Of a DNA stretch of 57,058 bases, positions 14,004-26,518 are shown in pieces (position 1 is the stretch's first letter; each line of letters begins with the position of its first letter). Under the pieces are notes generated by a model. It made no database searches, was not told where the DNA came from, and was given only the letters and a program-made list of their open reading frames with translations. Source of the DNA: Catajapyx aquilonaris (lineage: Eukaryota). Position numbers and translations under genes: made by a program. The stretch is taken from assembly GCA_000934665.2 (NCBI GenBank), contig KZ538645.1, forward strand, positions 1 to 57,058. Reading direction: 5' to 3'.

Positions 14004-14325
14004 CCGGACACTTCCCCTACAATATTATCTTATCGCCTGCCGGGGCGTTTCGCATGAGGTGCTCACTTGAGAGCACCATGAGACCTTTCTTTGCGCTATT
14101 ATGTGGCGACCCTACCGGACTACGCTACGGAAGCGCTACATTGGGGACCCAAAATGGTCGCCAGCGACCATGTTGGGCCTGAATGTAGCAGCTTCTCTTC
14201 TACCTTCGTTCAGCGTAGTCCAGTCGGGTCGCCACATAATAGCGCAATGAAAAGCTGTCTCATGGCGCTCTCAAGTGAGCACCTTATGCAAAACGCCCCG
14301 GCAGGCGATAAGAGGAAGTGTCCAG
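14004..14325. mobile_element. Foldback (long palindromic) element, copy 1
   Basis: Long arms TCTTATCGCCTGCCGGGGCGTTT...AAACGCCCCGGCAGGCGATAAGA; homologous to 29289-29538. Confidence 0.8.
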
Positions 14326-15798
14326 ACCTTAGTATAAGACCATGGTACCGATTCATGTACCGACTTGGACGTCAAATACCGTTTATAGTACTGACTTCTA
14401 GACGGTATTCTCGTATCACCTCCAAGTCGGTACATTAATAGGTACTGTACTGTACACAAATTACATACGAGCATATCATATAATATTATGTGAGTTTTAC
14501 AGCCTTATAGACTCATATAATGCAGAATGATCAGAGTTGATTTCATAGGTTCAGGGAGGGCCCGAGTAAGCGCAAGGGATGTCACCGAATTTACGAGACT
14601 AACACATGACGAAAATTGCAGCATACAGCGTCCAAATGGCCGTATGAATAGGCCTTTACATTCAGTGCGACTTTCGCGCCTGTCAGCCAACTGATAAGAC
14701 AGGACTGTGACATTTCTGCCACCGTGAATGTGAAATCTCTCAAATGAAACCAGACTGGATATGATTGCAAATAAGTCTTTAAAAAAATAGAATTATTAGG
14801 ATTTTGCAAGTTGTTATCAGAACGACAACAGTGACAATAAAAATTCAAGCAATATTTGGCCCATTTTCCCGTCTCCCAAGTCGGGACATAAATTAGTGTA
14901 TCCCTGCCTTTTCCAGCCGGCGTAGTGGATATTCCCAAACTTTGTAGTTGCCACATTATGAGTTTTTTTCTCCGCCTCTTTTTTGCGGCGGCCTAGAAAA
15001 TTGCGGGCGGAGTTTGAGTGGGTAATAGTGTGGGTAAAAATGGTACATAATTTGGTGGCCCAATCGGGGTAGGCTAGGAGGCATAGAGCAGTCAATGTCT
15101 TGGGGGGTGATGGTAGGAGCGGGGCTAGCCGCAGCATACAGCTCTTTGAGTGGTCCTAATCCCGGCCAAATCTGCCAACAAAGCCGAGTAATTAATGCGC
15201 AAGCTGCTATCGGGCGCTTTATCGCAAAGTTGCTCCGTCTCCCAGGACGGTCATTACGCTTCCGAGTTGGAATGCATGGTGCAGCTAGCGACGGCCAAAG
15301 CCTGCATTTATCTGGCCGTCTCCAGCTCTTTCTGCTGCCAACTTGGGGGAAACGTCTCTTTTCCGGGGGGAGGCCCGCATGACCTCATAAAGGCCGCGAT
15401 GAGACCGCCTTGTGCACCCTCCTAGACTAATGGCTCGGTGTTGACCTGGACCAACACCTTACCACTTTCTCGCCAAGCTGTACACCAGACGCCAGCCTGC
15501 ATTATACGCTGCGGTACGACACCACCGTCATTTAGGACTGACGCTTGCGAGATGCTAACTCGCTAACCTCTGGCCCCAGCTTCCTGCCCCTCACATCCCT
15601 AGGCTCATCTGAACCTACCTATAGCATGGGTTAGAAACATTTACTTTAGCTGTATAAAGTAGAAAATGTATGGACTGTTTAAATTGTGGGGTTACCCACG
15701 ATGAGGCGCCATTATGAGATCTGACCTCCCTAGGTCGTCTCTTCTGACTCCAATAATGCACTGGTTGGCAACAAGGCAACATTATCTTTATTTATTTA

Positions 15799-16313
15799 CT
15801 AGCTGCTGCACCCGGCGCGGCGTTGCCCGGGAAGAAATGAATGAAGGGAAAACACCTGCCAGTAGCCCCGTCAACTGTCTGTCGTTCTGTGTGTCCGCCC
15901 ACCAATGCCATCTGTGGTCCTCCCACTCTAACACCTTTAACCTCTCCCGCCTGTATAACGGCAACCATCATTGGCCTGCCATCTGTAGTCAACCCCCAAC
16001 ACCTCTATCCTCTCGCGGCCTGGGGGTGGAGCACAGACGGCAGGCAAATGACGGTTGGGAGGCGGACAGACAGACAGACTCACAAACGGCTTTATTTATA
16101 CAGGGTGGTCCAAGTTCCAGTGTCGTTTCATAACGGCGATTAATAGCAGTGATTTTGCGATGACGTAGCAGCGACGCGTAAAATGTCCCACTTCGGCGCA
16201 TCTTCGGCGCAATCGAAGTGGGCAATTTTACACGTCGCTGCTACGTCATCGTTAAGCGCTTCTATTAATCGCCGTTATAAAACGACACTTGAACTTGGAC
16301 CACCCTGTATAGA
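15799..16313 (-). mobile_element. Non-autonomous Helitron (Lep1/HINE-like) interrupted by a MITE
   Basis: On the - strand: A|TCTATA..TAAATAAAG 5' end, (CTGT)n microsatellite, GC-rich subterminal hairpin (15811-15831), and CTAG|T 3' end. Confidence 0.75.
16101..16307. mobile_element. Tc1/mariner MITE, TA TSD
   Basis: TA-CAGGGTGGTCCAAGTTC...GAACTTGGACCACCCTG-TA; almost entirely palindromic. Confidence 0.9.
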
Positions 16314-16568
16314 TTTATTTTATTTATTTTACCCCATTGGGAGAACCGGCGCTCCATTAGAGGGGGTGGAATACCACCATTGGATGGGGCCAAGATAGGA
16401 AAGGAAGGAAGCGGCTGTGGCCTATTATACGGAAGCGACCCCGGAATTATCATGGGAGGACCGTGGAAAACCACAGAAAACCACGGTCAGGATCGCCGGC
16501 CCCGTAAATCGAACCCAGGACCTCCCGATAATTAGCAGTCGGACTCCTTAACCACCACACCAACCTGC
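16314..16568 (-). mobile_element. tRNA-derived SINE family A
   Basis: The reverse strand reads GCAGGTTGGTGTGGTGGTTAAGG..GACTGCTAAT..GGTTCGATT (tRNA-Ser(GCT)-like head), then CCGTGGTTTTCTGTGGTTTTCC and GGCCACAGCCGCTTCCTTCC, then a (TAAA)n tail. Confidence 0.85.
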
Positions 16569-16690
16569 TTTGGTACAATATTTTTATCAGACTAGCCTCG
16601 TGTCAGGCCGTCTAACGACTGATACAACTCCTAGCCTCTCACCACATCCTGCCATCTCATGGCATGACTGGCAACTAACTCCATCTGTAG

Positions 16691-16946
16691 CAGGGGTGGG
16701 CAAACTACGGCCCGCGAAGAAAATTTGTGCGGCCCGCGCACTTTTGGAATTATTGAAATTTGTGAAAAATTTAAAAAAAATTGCACAATTTTTATATAAA
16801 CTTTTTACATTTATTATTATCTATTATAAATAATGACTATATAATTGTGAACTTTTTATTAGGTTGAAATTTCCTCGTTAGATGCGGCCTGCCAATAATT
16901 TTTGGTCTCTCTGTGGCCCATTGAGCAAAAAGTTAGCCCACCCCTG
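16691..16946. mobile_element. hAT (Charlie/Buster-like) MITE
   Basis: TIR CAGGGGTGGGCAAACT...AGTTAGCCCACCCCTG; 8-bp TSD ATCTGTAG/ATCTATAG. Confidence 0.9.
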
Positions 16947-17059
16947 ATCTATAGGATTCAGGGTGTCACAAAATCTGTTTTATCGTTTCTGGACTAGCTT
17001 GAGGTGACTAATTGATTACGCTATCTAGATTTTACAGTTATTTCCCATAAGGAAGCACA

Positions 17060-17487
17060 CACTGTAATAATTCATGTACCGACTTGGAGGTGGTATTTTG
17101 TGATCAATAAATACTGTCTGCGGTACTGACTTGTATACAGCCCATCGTCCAGATGTACTGACTTGAAAGTACGCGTAGTATACTACATCACAACTTACCG
17201 TTTCATGTACTATCGGGTTCAAATACTTTTGACCACTTTATCCTGGTCTTGAAGCAACCCTTCACACACACGCACACACACATACACCTCCTTAACGTGG
17301 GGTCTGTATGAAGGGTTGCTTCAAGACCAGAATAAAGTGGTCAAAAATATTTGAACCCGATAGTACCGACTGGGACGTCAAATACCATACCTACAGTAGG
17401 TCTACTGACTTGTAGACGGTTTTTGTTGATCACAAAATACTACCTCCAAGTCGGTAACTTACATGAATCGGTACATGAATTACAGTG
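17060..17487. mobile_element. Inverted-repeat element with a nested MITE (17207-17366)
   Basis: Outer arms CATGTACCGACTTGGAGGTGGTATTTTGTGATCAA / TTGATCACAAAATACTACCTCCAAGTCGGTA. The inner palindromic MITE is flanked by GTAC on both sides. A related copy without the insertion lies at about 14345-14437. Confidence 0.75.
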
Positions 17488-17619
17488 CAGGAGCATGTTC
17501 GTAAATGAGTGCTTATAAAAGAGTAGGGAGCTACTCCATAATGCCATGCTATAGATGTCAACTATTTGTCATAAATGGGATGACTCCTCTGCGAGGTCGA
17601 TTTCTAGTGTAAACCACCT

Positions 17620-17900
17620 ACTTCTAAGACCACTTTGAGGTGGAGCCACAACTGAAGGAAACTGGATTACCTCGATACCATCTTCCCGGGAAAGTGGATC
17701 GGAAGAGAGAGAAAGAGCATGGGGGGAAAGGGGTCCATATTGCTTGGTCTCCACGTTCTCCAGATTGGGTACCAGGAGGAAATGGTCACCTCTCAGGAAC
17801 GGAACCGTCTCTGAAATCTGGCTTAGACATTTTGTTCAAAAAAGCACGATTTATCAGCAGATGCTGCATTGCATTTTAATGCGAATTTCAATGTCCAATT
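17620..17900 (+). pseudogene. Decayed Tc1/mariner-superfamily transposase fragment
   Basis: Frameshifted DYLDTIFPGKWIGR...IAWSPRSPDW matches the YLDxxFPGRWIGRGGPIAWPPRSPDL catalytic-region motif. Confidence 0.6.
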
Positions 17901-19235
17901 TATTGCACTTTAACGTACTGGGTTGAATCCGTGCTCTAGACCCACTGTTATTACAGCCTCCAAATTGGATTTCTCTTTGTGACATATCGGTCTTTAAGAG
18001 TCTGGCTGCATTTTTCTCATTATGGCACTCCTTTTTCGATTAGGACTTGAACTTCGTCAACACACAAGCGGCGATGCATTTTTGTGGAACCTCTCACGGT
18101 GATTTAGCTACACCTAATGTAATTCCGACGAGGCTTTTGTCATTTTCTAACCCGTTCTAATGACCGCTTGAATCTATTTGCGTACCCACATCCACTGGAT
18201 TTACCAACGCACTTTGAAGCAGAGCCCTGCAATTTTACTATTTAAATATTAGAAAAATGATGTCATATTATTTTTCAATATTTTTCATGTTCGTGCAGTA
18301 CTGTATCGTACAGTATAAGTACTATAGCCCTCCAGTTTTGGGGAGGTGAAACTGCCTTGGAATTCAAAACGACGATAACATCTTGCAGAAACCGGCCAGA
18401 CCTCAGAGGCTGGGCCCAATGTAAGTAGTGCACTCGGGTAATTATGTGAATGGAGAATAATTATGGCCGGGACTGGAAAATAACCAAGATTTGTCCGAAG
18501 ATAAGAGAAGAATTCTATCCATTACCAGCAGCACCCAGATCCCTTGGGCACAGTGTTGCTTCTCTTAGGCGACAAAAAAAAGAAGCCATAATTTTCCTCC
18601 GTTACGGGGAGGGTGGGGGGAAGGGAGTGGGGCTCCCACTAATTATTACTGACCTCGCCCCAGAATAATAATAAACCCTGCTGCTCATTTTCGTACAATT
18701 TTCGCAGAAATTACTCTCTGCCTGAGGCTAGGTTTTCTTTCTGGAAAAAAAAACGAAATGAGTGTGGGAAGTGGATGGGAGAGGGAAGCGGGGAGGAGGG
18801 GAGGAGGCGATGTTGCCATTACTGCTGCCTCTGGCTTTCTTCCTGTCACACATATTTTGTCACATTAGGCTTACTGCACGATTTAAATCAAATAAAGGAA
18901 ACATGGGGGTGAAATCAGTCCAAAAAGGCTTGTTGGCTTAGTGTATGGAGCCTGCACTAATAAAAGAGCATTTTGCCGAGGTTTGCACAGGCTTAATTTA
19001 GTTACGAGCCCCATTCTTTGTTGATGAATTAGAGCTGTAAGCATTCCTGGCTTTTAATAACCGAATTGCTAGGCCTAACGTGTGAATATCAAATGCGTTG
19101 AATGCGTAGGGGAGCAAAGGGTGATAAATTAATGACTCTGATTTTTCAAAAAAGTACTCACTACTTAATATGGACTGAAAACCAGAAATAGTTGAATGGT
19201 TGAAATTGAGTTATTTCAATATTATTTCAGTTATA

Positions 19236-19491
19236 CATGGTGTTCCAAGTTCGTGGGTCGTTTTTAGTCATCGCTGATATCGCCCGAAGTAGTTATTTTT
19301 GTGTAGCTTATTGTGCCCCGATCCAGGTGCCTCAGTACTATCAGGTGGTTGAATGTAGCAGTGGCTATGTAGAATAGGGCAATTGATTAGGGCCACAACA
19401 AGCTACAAAAAATAACAGCTTTGATCAAAATTTCCTATAACAATCAATAACTACCGTATTATGAAGGGCCTCACGAACTTGGAACACCCTG
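19236..19491. mobile_element. Tc1/mariner MITE, TA TSD
   Basis: TA-CATGGTGTTCCAAGTTCGTG...CACGAACTTGGAACACCCTG-TA; same family as 21340-21551. Confidence 0.8.
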
Positions 19492-19869
19492 TAGTGTACT
19501 CACAAAAAGTTAAAATATTGGTGATTGAGCATTTTGTGCATATATATTGATTCTGTATAAATTGGCCCATTCAATTTTATCGCATTATCCTAAAAAGAAG
19601 AAATGCATTGTGTTTCGGATATAGGTCTACATAAAGCACTGTGCAATTAGGAAGTCAGGAGTTACGGGCACCGAACGTATATAACAGGCTGCGTATGCTG
19701 TATAATAGCGTTTCTTGCTGCGCGCTAAAATTTTCTTCATCGATTTCCCCTGTGCCCAAGGCACAAAAAAGTTTGTCTCAAATTATATTAGATTATACGA
19801 CGTTGTTTTCTAAAGTTCTTCAGCTTCCTTTCATTACACCAAATCACTACCTTGGAAACCGTTTAAATG

Positions 19870-20460
19870 ATTAATTAGATCACTTTCCCTTCGAAAACAG
19901 ATTCCATCAAGTTGGCTGCATCCTCCGTTTACTTTTACCTCCCTCCACTCTAGCCAGAACGATCAGAAATTCATAGAGTTCGCTACACCCACACGTTAGG
20001 GAAGCGAGCAGGGGTAATTTTTGCAGTGTTCAATACAAACAAGGCACCTCCAGAGCCCCCTGATTTGTAAAGGGTGCTGCCGTTCGGAAGATGAGGAACA
20101 AGTTGGCTGGCCATGCTTAAAGGGGTGGAGCAGGTCACGATGTGCCCTCTCAAAACGTAAAGAAGCAACAGGAGGGGCAAGTTACCCCTGTTCTCTTACA
20201 ATCCAGGGAAGGTAGCCTGCTTTTGCTGGCCCCAAAGTTGCACGGACAAAAGCCGCTTCATTAGTAAGCATCAGCTTAAACACCGCAAGCCTCTACTTAC
20301 CTCCCGAAACGGCCGACATATGAATTATTGCCAATTAGGCGTACATCACGTCACATTCGAGCATTTTACTGCATGCCAACTTGAACCACTAAGGGTTCCC
20401 CATCCGAGTGTGCAAGTTCGTTTACTACGATATAAAAAGGGTCCCTTTATACTCGACGCC
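19870..20460 (-). pseudogene. Possible decayed pogo/Tigger-like (DDE_1) transposase
   Basis: Weak, colinear peptides MLTNEAAF, PLLLLLYVLRGH, KITPARFPNVW and ANLMESVFEGKVI loosely echo WMTxExF, PVLLLLDGH, ITKxxF and NxxSGFRKxGI. Confidence 0.3.
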
Positions 20461-21339
20461 CCCTACATCCAAAGTACCTTCATAGACAATTTATACTTTT
20501 TTTGGGGGGGGGGNGCTTCAAATGTACTTATATCATGAAAATGTAATGTCACTTAACCCCTACTGTGCGAGTAGTTTCCCCTGCAAAATATTAGCGACTT
20601 GACGCTGCCGCAACGATCGGAGCCTTCCAGATATCGAACCCAGATGTCAGGCCAATGCAGCAACCGCCTGTACAATCAGGTTGAGTCAAGGATGCTCTAC
20701 CCAGTCTCTCTCTACATCTATCTGCACCTCTAAATCAGAGACCGGCATCTTAACTGGTAATCAACTGCTAGATTAGCCTGCCAGGTTGCTCCTTGGCATC
20801 GAGAAAGTTATATCAAGGTGCAGTTACAGCCTCACATACGTGCGTTGATAATTGACTGCTCTTCAAGATGAGCAATTGAGACGTCAAATTACCATTTTGA
20901 GACATTCTCTTGTCGGAAGTTATATTTCAAGCGGTCAAATCAAGACGGACAGGCCTTGCTGCATTCCTTCTTTGTTATGGGGACATTGCTGTTAGCATTA
21001 TCTTTATAATTTTATTATACGGTGCTTCGAGTGGGTCGGCTTGTTGAGAATGTCTTTAATGCGGTCAATGTTATATGACTGTCGTCAAAATGAAGTTAGG
21101 CAGACAGCCGCGCAATCAGTCAGTGATATTTACGTCAATATCAGTGTAGCTAATATTATCTTATGTTAAAATTGTTGTTCTTATCGCATTAATTACTATA
21201 GTCTACATAGTTGGATGTTCTCAGCAATATTCTACATAACATTGCTATCAACAATAGTGCTCTGATTCCATTTGCAAGAAGTTAAATAAAATAAAAACAT
21301 AAGTTTACTCTAAACGTTCTCCTCACATTGGTAGGTATA

Positions 21340-21551
21340 CAAGGTGTTCCCGGTTCGTGGGTCACATTTTGATAACTGATATCGCCCGATAGCAGTTATT
21401 TTTTGTAGCTTGTTGTGCCCCTAACCATGTGGGCCATTCTATAACTACTGCTATGGAATGGACCACATGGTTAGGGACACAAGCTACAAAAATAACTGCT
21501 ATCGGGCGGTATCAGTTATCAAAAAGTGACCCACGAACCTGGAACAACCGG
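21340..21551. mobile_element. Tc1/mariner MITE, TA TSD
   Basis: TA-CAAGGTGTTCCCGGTTCGTGGGTCAC...GTGACCCACGAACCTGGAACAACCGG-TA; near-complete palindrome. Confidence 0.85.
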
Positions 21552-21637
21552 TATATGGAAGAGTGCATCTTCATTAAACGAAAATGTCAAAACTCAGGAG
21601 GTCTATTACTGTACCAGTCTAAATAATTACCAAACTA

Positions 21638-21997
21638 GGAGGTGTGGTGGCCGTGATGGTAACGTCTCGGCTTGCTGAGTGAAAGGCCTCAGGTTCGATC
21701 CCCGCCTGGGGAACTTTCCTTTCACCTGCGTCAGGAGGGTCTCTGACCTGCACCAAGGAGGTGTCTGGCAACCTAACCTCCTGGGGAACAGCACATGACC
21801 CCTTTACAGACCTTGCACTTCAACTTGCACTTGCACCCTATGTTCCCTCCTCAAAAATCCCTATCCTTACCCTACATCCTTGACTCCTTGCACCGGTGAA
21901 TGAAGTTAATATATGAAAATGGAGTGAAATGGTGGTATTCCACCCCCCTAAAAAGGCTCAGCCTTATCACGGGGTAACGTAAAATAAAAAAATAAAG
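21638..21997 (+). mobile_element. tRNA-derived SINE family B with 17-bp TSD
   Basis: A and B boxes, A-rich tail, perfect TSD AAATAATTACCAAACTA at 21621-21637 and 21998-22014. Confidence 0.92.
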
Positions 21998-23456
21998 AAA
22001 TAATTACCAAACTAATCAAAAAAGTCTGATATTGAACCGTAAATTTTTTTAAATACTCATATTGCTTTTTGCTATAATTGTTGGGAAATGTGTAATTATT
22101 CATAACAACATAAATACGTATTTACTGGATGGATGTACGGTGACAACGAGAACTACAGAAAAATATACCGGGATTTTTCCTCCAGATCATAATATTTTAT
22201 AGTAAAAATTTCACTCCTTTTTACTACAGACCGACGGTTTTTTTCAACGAAGCTGTTACATGTGCCCAACAAAAAAGGAAACCACCAATGACGTTCCGGC
22301 AACGATCCAAAAAGATTCTCTACTATACATCTACCCAACTACGCCAGCTGACAAGTCGGCAGCAAACATGACGCGTTGTTGCCGCCTCAGCGAACACCTT
22401 TCAAAACTGCATTCGCCTATATAGGCCTACGTATCGCTCTTCAGGTATTTTGAAAGCAACTCGGAGGAGGCGGTAAAAGCGTGTCGCCTTGCTATAGTTG
22501 TCACATAGCATGGCCGACTGTACAGTTGGGGTGAACGGTTCGTATCTTTTGGTTCACTGCCAATACCTTATTGGTCGCATCTTTTTGTTGGTCACCGCTG
22601 TTGATTCAAATGGCATCACTAAGTTCTGGAATTTTTTGAAGGACTTATTTAGTGCTATCAGAGCTTGGACGCTATAATGGGATGAATGGTTACTTACATA
22701 ATTTCATGCTAAACGAGATGTTACATCTTGATTGCAGTGAGACTTAACCATTGTCGTCCTGTCAGGTAAGGATGCTGTCGGCGGTGGTCTTGTAATTAGG
22801 AACTGATGAGGCAAGATGATTAACGACTGGCATTGCCATGGTGAAAGTCCAATTGAATCCAACTTTTCAGTTTCACAGAACACGCACACGATTATAGCAA
22901 AGGCGTAGATAATAAAAAACTATCTTTTTCCCAAGGAAAGGGAAGTGTCGATCCAGTTTACGCGTACAGCACGTACTGATCCAGGATGCCTTTGGGCGAA
23001 GTGGTCACCTGCCTACTTTTACCTCCAGACATATAGAGTCTAATGACTTGGTTCAATATTGGATCCTCATTTAACCAGGCGTCCGTAATTACACAATAAA
23101 ACACATATACTTCGGTTTGTAACATTGACGAGAAAAGTGACATATGACATGATTCGTATGAAGTTCTTATTACAATGATGTGACAATGGCATGGCAAGGT
23201 TGTTATACTGAACTTCAATTTTTTGTGGAATCGTGTGAAAATATTACCTATCAGGTCAAGGCCAGCAGCTGGTCACTCCACACACACAGTTACACCCAAC
23301 ATGCCACAAAACATGTTGACTGCTTAGATGGAATATCGCCTGTTTATTTTGCCGGATGCTCGCATGTCGCAAAAATATTTGCAATGACGTATTCCACAAA
23401 CTGATTTTGAGATATGAATTTGTAGTTTTGCGTCGTAATCACCCTGTACTCATGTA

Positions 23457-23603
23457 CAGTGCTGGCCATATATCGAGGCAACCGCCAGCGACATTTTTCC
23501 GAAGCGGCAGAAGAAGGAATCGAAGATAAGCATGCTACAAGCCGGGCTTCTGCCGCTTCGGAAAAATGTCGCTGGCGGTTGCCTCGATATATGGCCAGCA
23601 CTG
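23457..23603. mobile_element. Young Tc1/mariner-type MITE
   Basis: TA-CAGTGCTGGCC...GGCCAGCACTG-TA with perfect arms of more than 55 bp. Confidence 0.9.
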
Positions 23604-24486
23604 TACTGCATTATTGTTCAGTACAATAGTAGTAAATTCTTGTGTGAATTCCAGTAGTGCCAATCTGTTCTCAGTAATAAATTAGTACACTGAAACACAC
23701 TGGAAGTTCTGTAATTAACGTGCTATCACATGTCTCCTACCAAAACAAGCAGATTATTTAATCACCCTACCCAGCAAAAATATTACACCATCCAAGAAAA
23801 ACTTGTAGAATGAAATCCTACAGCACTCCAAAACCAATCGTTTCTGCACGCATATCATATGGCAGTAAAAAAAAGAGAGGAACAGTGGCAGGATACAGAG
23901 AGTGTGGACGTGAAAAAATGGAAGAGAGGGAAAGAGGGGGAGGAGGAGCAGATCCTTCATGTATTATATACAGGCAAGTCATCTAAAATCCGTTTTTGGA
24001 GCATCCAATTTCCAGGGTTGGACGGAGAGCCCGTGACAAACGAGCGGGCGTGGGTTTCCTTACAGCTGCCGCGCCCACAATGGATACGTTAAGCTACATC
24101 TCAGCTGGAGAGAGAGAGGGAGAGAGACTCACGCCCATTTCGCGCCTCTCCCCACCTTTTCCCCTACTTTCCCTGCATCAATCCATGAATATATTCGTTG
24201 GACTCTAATCAACGAGCGCCAAGTAGAAGCAAACAAAAACAAGGCCAAAAAGAGGGCTGCCATGACTGCGCCAGGCAAGATTTCGGTTTACGACAAAAAA
24301 AAAAACGATGAAATGAGGAAAAAACGTAATGAGGGGAGAAACAAACGAGATGCTCGGGCAATGCCGACCTGAAATTCAGGAATCATCCGTTCCGCTTGCA
24401 TTGGCACCTGGAACGATCATGTGGGGCAGAGTGAAAAGAAGTGGTCACGCAAGGTCAACATCTCAACACACGGATCTAGCCTCCGC

Positions 24487-24487
<1 letters not shown>

Positions 24488-24546
<59 letters not shown>
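24488..24546. repeat. (AAT)n microsatellite
   Basis: Directly visible; explains the poly-Asn in ORF 24329-24562. Confidence 0.95.
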
Positions 24547-24548
<2 letters not shown>

Positions 24549-26193
24549 TGGTGAAATACTAGTAAGGGAACGATGAAGCTGCTAAGTTAGTAGTTCAGTA
24601 GAGTGCGTAGTGGTGACGCTTTTTGTAGAAAGCTGTGCCATCTATTGACTGGCACTAAAACTACATTTTTTTGTGATATGGTCCTTGATATCTGGTCAGC
24701 GTAACCTGCAGGATTTGCTAGGGTGAGAGGAGGCATTATCCGGGGTGTAATATGCGTCATGAGCAATTTCACCTCTGAAACGCGTTCACAGGTGAATTAT
24801 TTGTATTTTTAATGCCTCCGTTACGCGAATCCCATTTGTAGGTCCTTGGATTTGGGGAGGAAAACCTCCCCGGACGAAATAACAAGATTGCAAAAGCGCG
24901 GCACAAAATTAATTTCCTGTTTTGTTCATAAATATTTTCCTCCTTTTTACCCCCCTTTTTTTAGACCAGCAAGAGCTTCTCCTCCTCCGTCTCTTCCATG
25001 TGAAATGAAACAAAGTAATTCCAAACGCAGGCATCAACCTTTCTGGTTGGGGAAGCGCGGCCGCATAATGAGCGCACCCGAATGAATGCTCCCAGTCCCC
25101 GTTTAGCCTCACAAATTTTTCTCCAGATGTTGCTGAAAGATAAGCCTAGAGCCAGGGCAGTTTGCAGGCGAAAACTGCACTTTTTGTGCCAACATTTCAC
25201 CAGGGATTACATTTCCCCACTAAACTAGCATTGCTGCAAAAATCCTNCCCCCCCCCCCCCCAGTATAACAACCTGGCCCATTTCCTACGTTTTTTAGACA
25301 ACCTTCAAGAGCCATGGTGCTGCAGCTGCTTGCTTGCTTGTCCAAATTGGTCACAGTTACAATGAAACAGTGTAGCAGTTCTTTTCAGGTGACAAAAATA
25401 TTCAGACAGAGTCTTACGGTTCGGACATGAATCGACTGTTTTTGTGGGATAAAAATACCTTTTTGAAATGGAAGTCACAACTTTGCTACGTGAGCTAATG
25501 CTTTGATATAAGAAAAAAGTTCGGGCCTTCTACCTCCTCCCCCCCCCAACCTTAATCTCTCTGCACACGTATTCGAGATTTCTTGTGATTCTTTTTCTGA
25601 TTGCTCTGAGGTAAATGCTGGGCGCCTGCAGGCAACAGTCCCCCACAATTTCAGTTTGCAACGTATGCAGCAGGGTGGTCCCCAATTACGAACATAACAA
25701 GAAAATTTTATAATTTTATTCGCCTGGCACAAGATTGAAACTTCGTGTGCTGGTAGGTTTTTTTGCCTAAAAGAGTCGTTAAAAAGGTCACACCGGTGCA
25801 AAGTTCTGAATTTCCCATCCAATTTGTGACAACGACAGACAGTCCTGCCCGTGCGTCTCAAAACAAATATTCAACCAAAATTATCATACTTTGCAAGAAA
25901 AATGAAAATTATTTCACTACTTTCTATTTAGAAAATGACGTGGGAATCATTGCTTGGAAATAGGACCTCAATTTGGCCGCTCGGTGGGCCGAAATGGGCA
26001 ACCCTTCTTCCAGCTCTCTGCCATTACCATGACCATTACACTGTCATTACCGCACAGGCCATTAGTTACGGAATTGTGAAGTTTCCATATTGCTATAGCA
26101 GCATACCCAACTCATGATGCAGAGATTTTGCGCTGCCGTAGCAGAAATCCCGTAACTTTCCTTTAACCATTACACCAGTTTTACACCTATATA

Positions 26194-26518
26194 CAGGGTG
26201 TCCCATCTTTTTTTGTCCGAACAGTTATCGGAAAATTGCGTGTAGCTGCTACTTTTTAAGCAGTGACTTGCAAACGGTGATTTTTCGGAGGAACGGGGAA
26301 TATTCCTTGCGAATCGTAGGTTGAAGTGGCATACGTGCTGCCCGATGAAAATTGAGGGTCAAGCCTAGAAAAAAGAGGGTTACACATGCCATGGGATGTG
26401 TGACCCACTTTTTCCCCATATGCCTCCGACAAATCACCGGTTGCAAGTCACTGCTTAAAAGTAGCAGCTACGCGCAATTTTCCGATAACTGTTCGGACAA
26501 AAAAGATGGGACACCCTG
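26194..26518. mobile_element. Tc1/mariner MITE, TA TSD
   Basis: TA-CAGGGTGTCCCATCTTTTT...AAAAAGATGGGACACCCTG-TA; arms about 90 bp. Confidence 0.9.

Noticed and set aside
22803..22850. CTGATGAG...GAAA hammerhead-like motif
   Set aside because: Extra bases separate the putative stem II from GAAA, and I found no convincing stems I and III.
22860..23220. Gypsy pol-like echo (EDPILNQVIRLY)
   Set aside because: A single short motif with no supporting RT, RNase H or integrase motifs.
24329..24562. Poly-Asn ORF
   Set aside because: Produced by an (AAT)n microsatellite.
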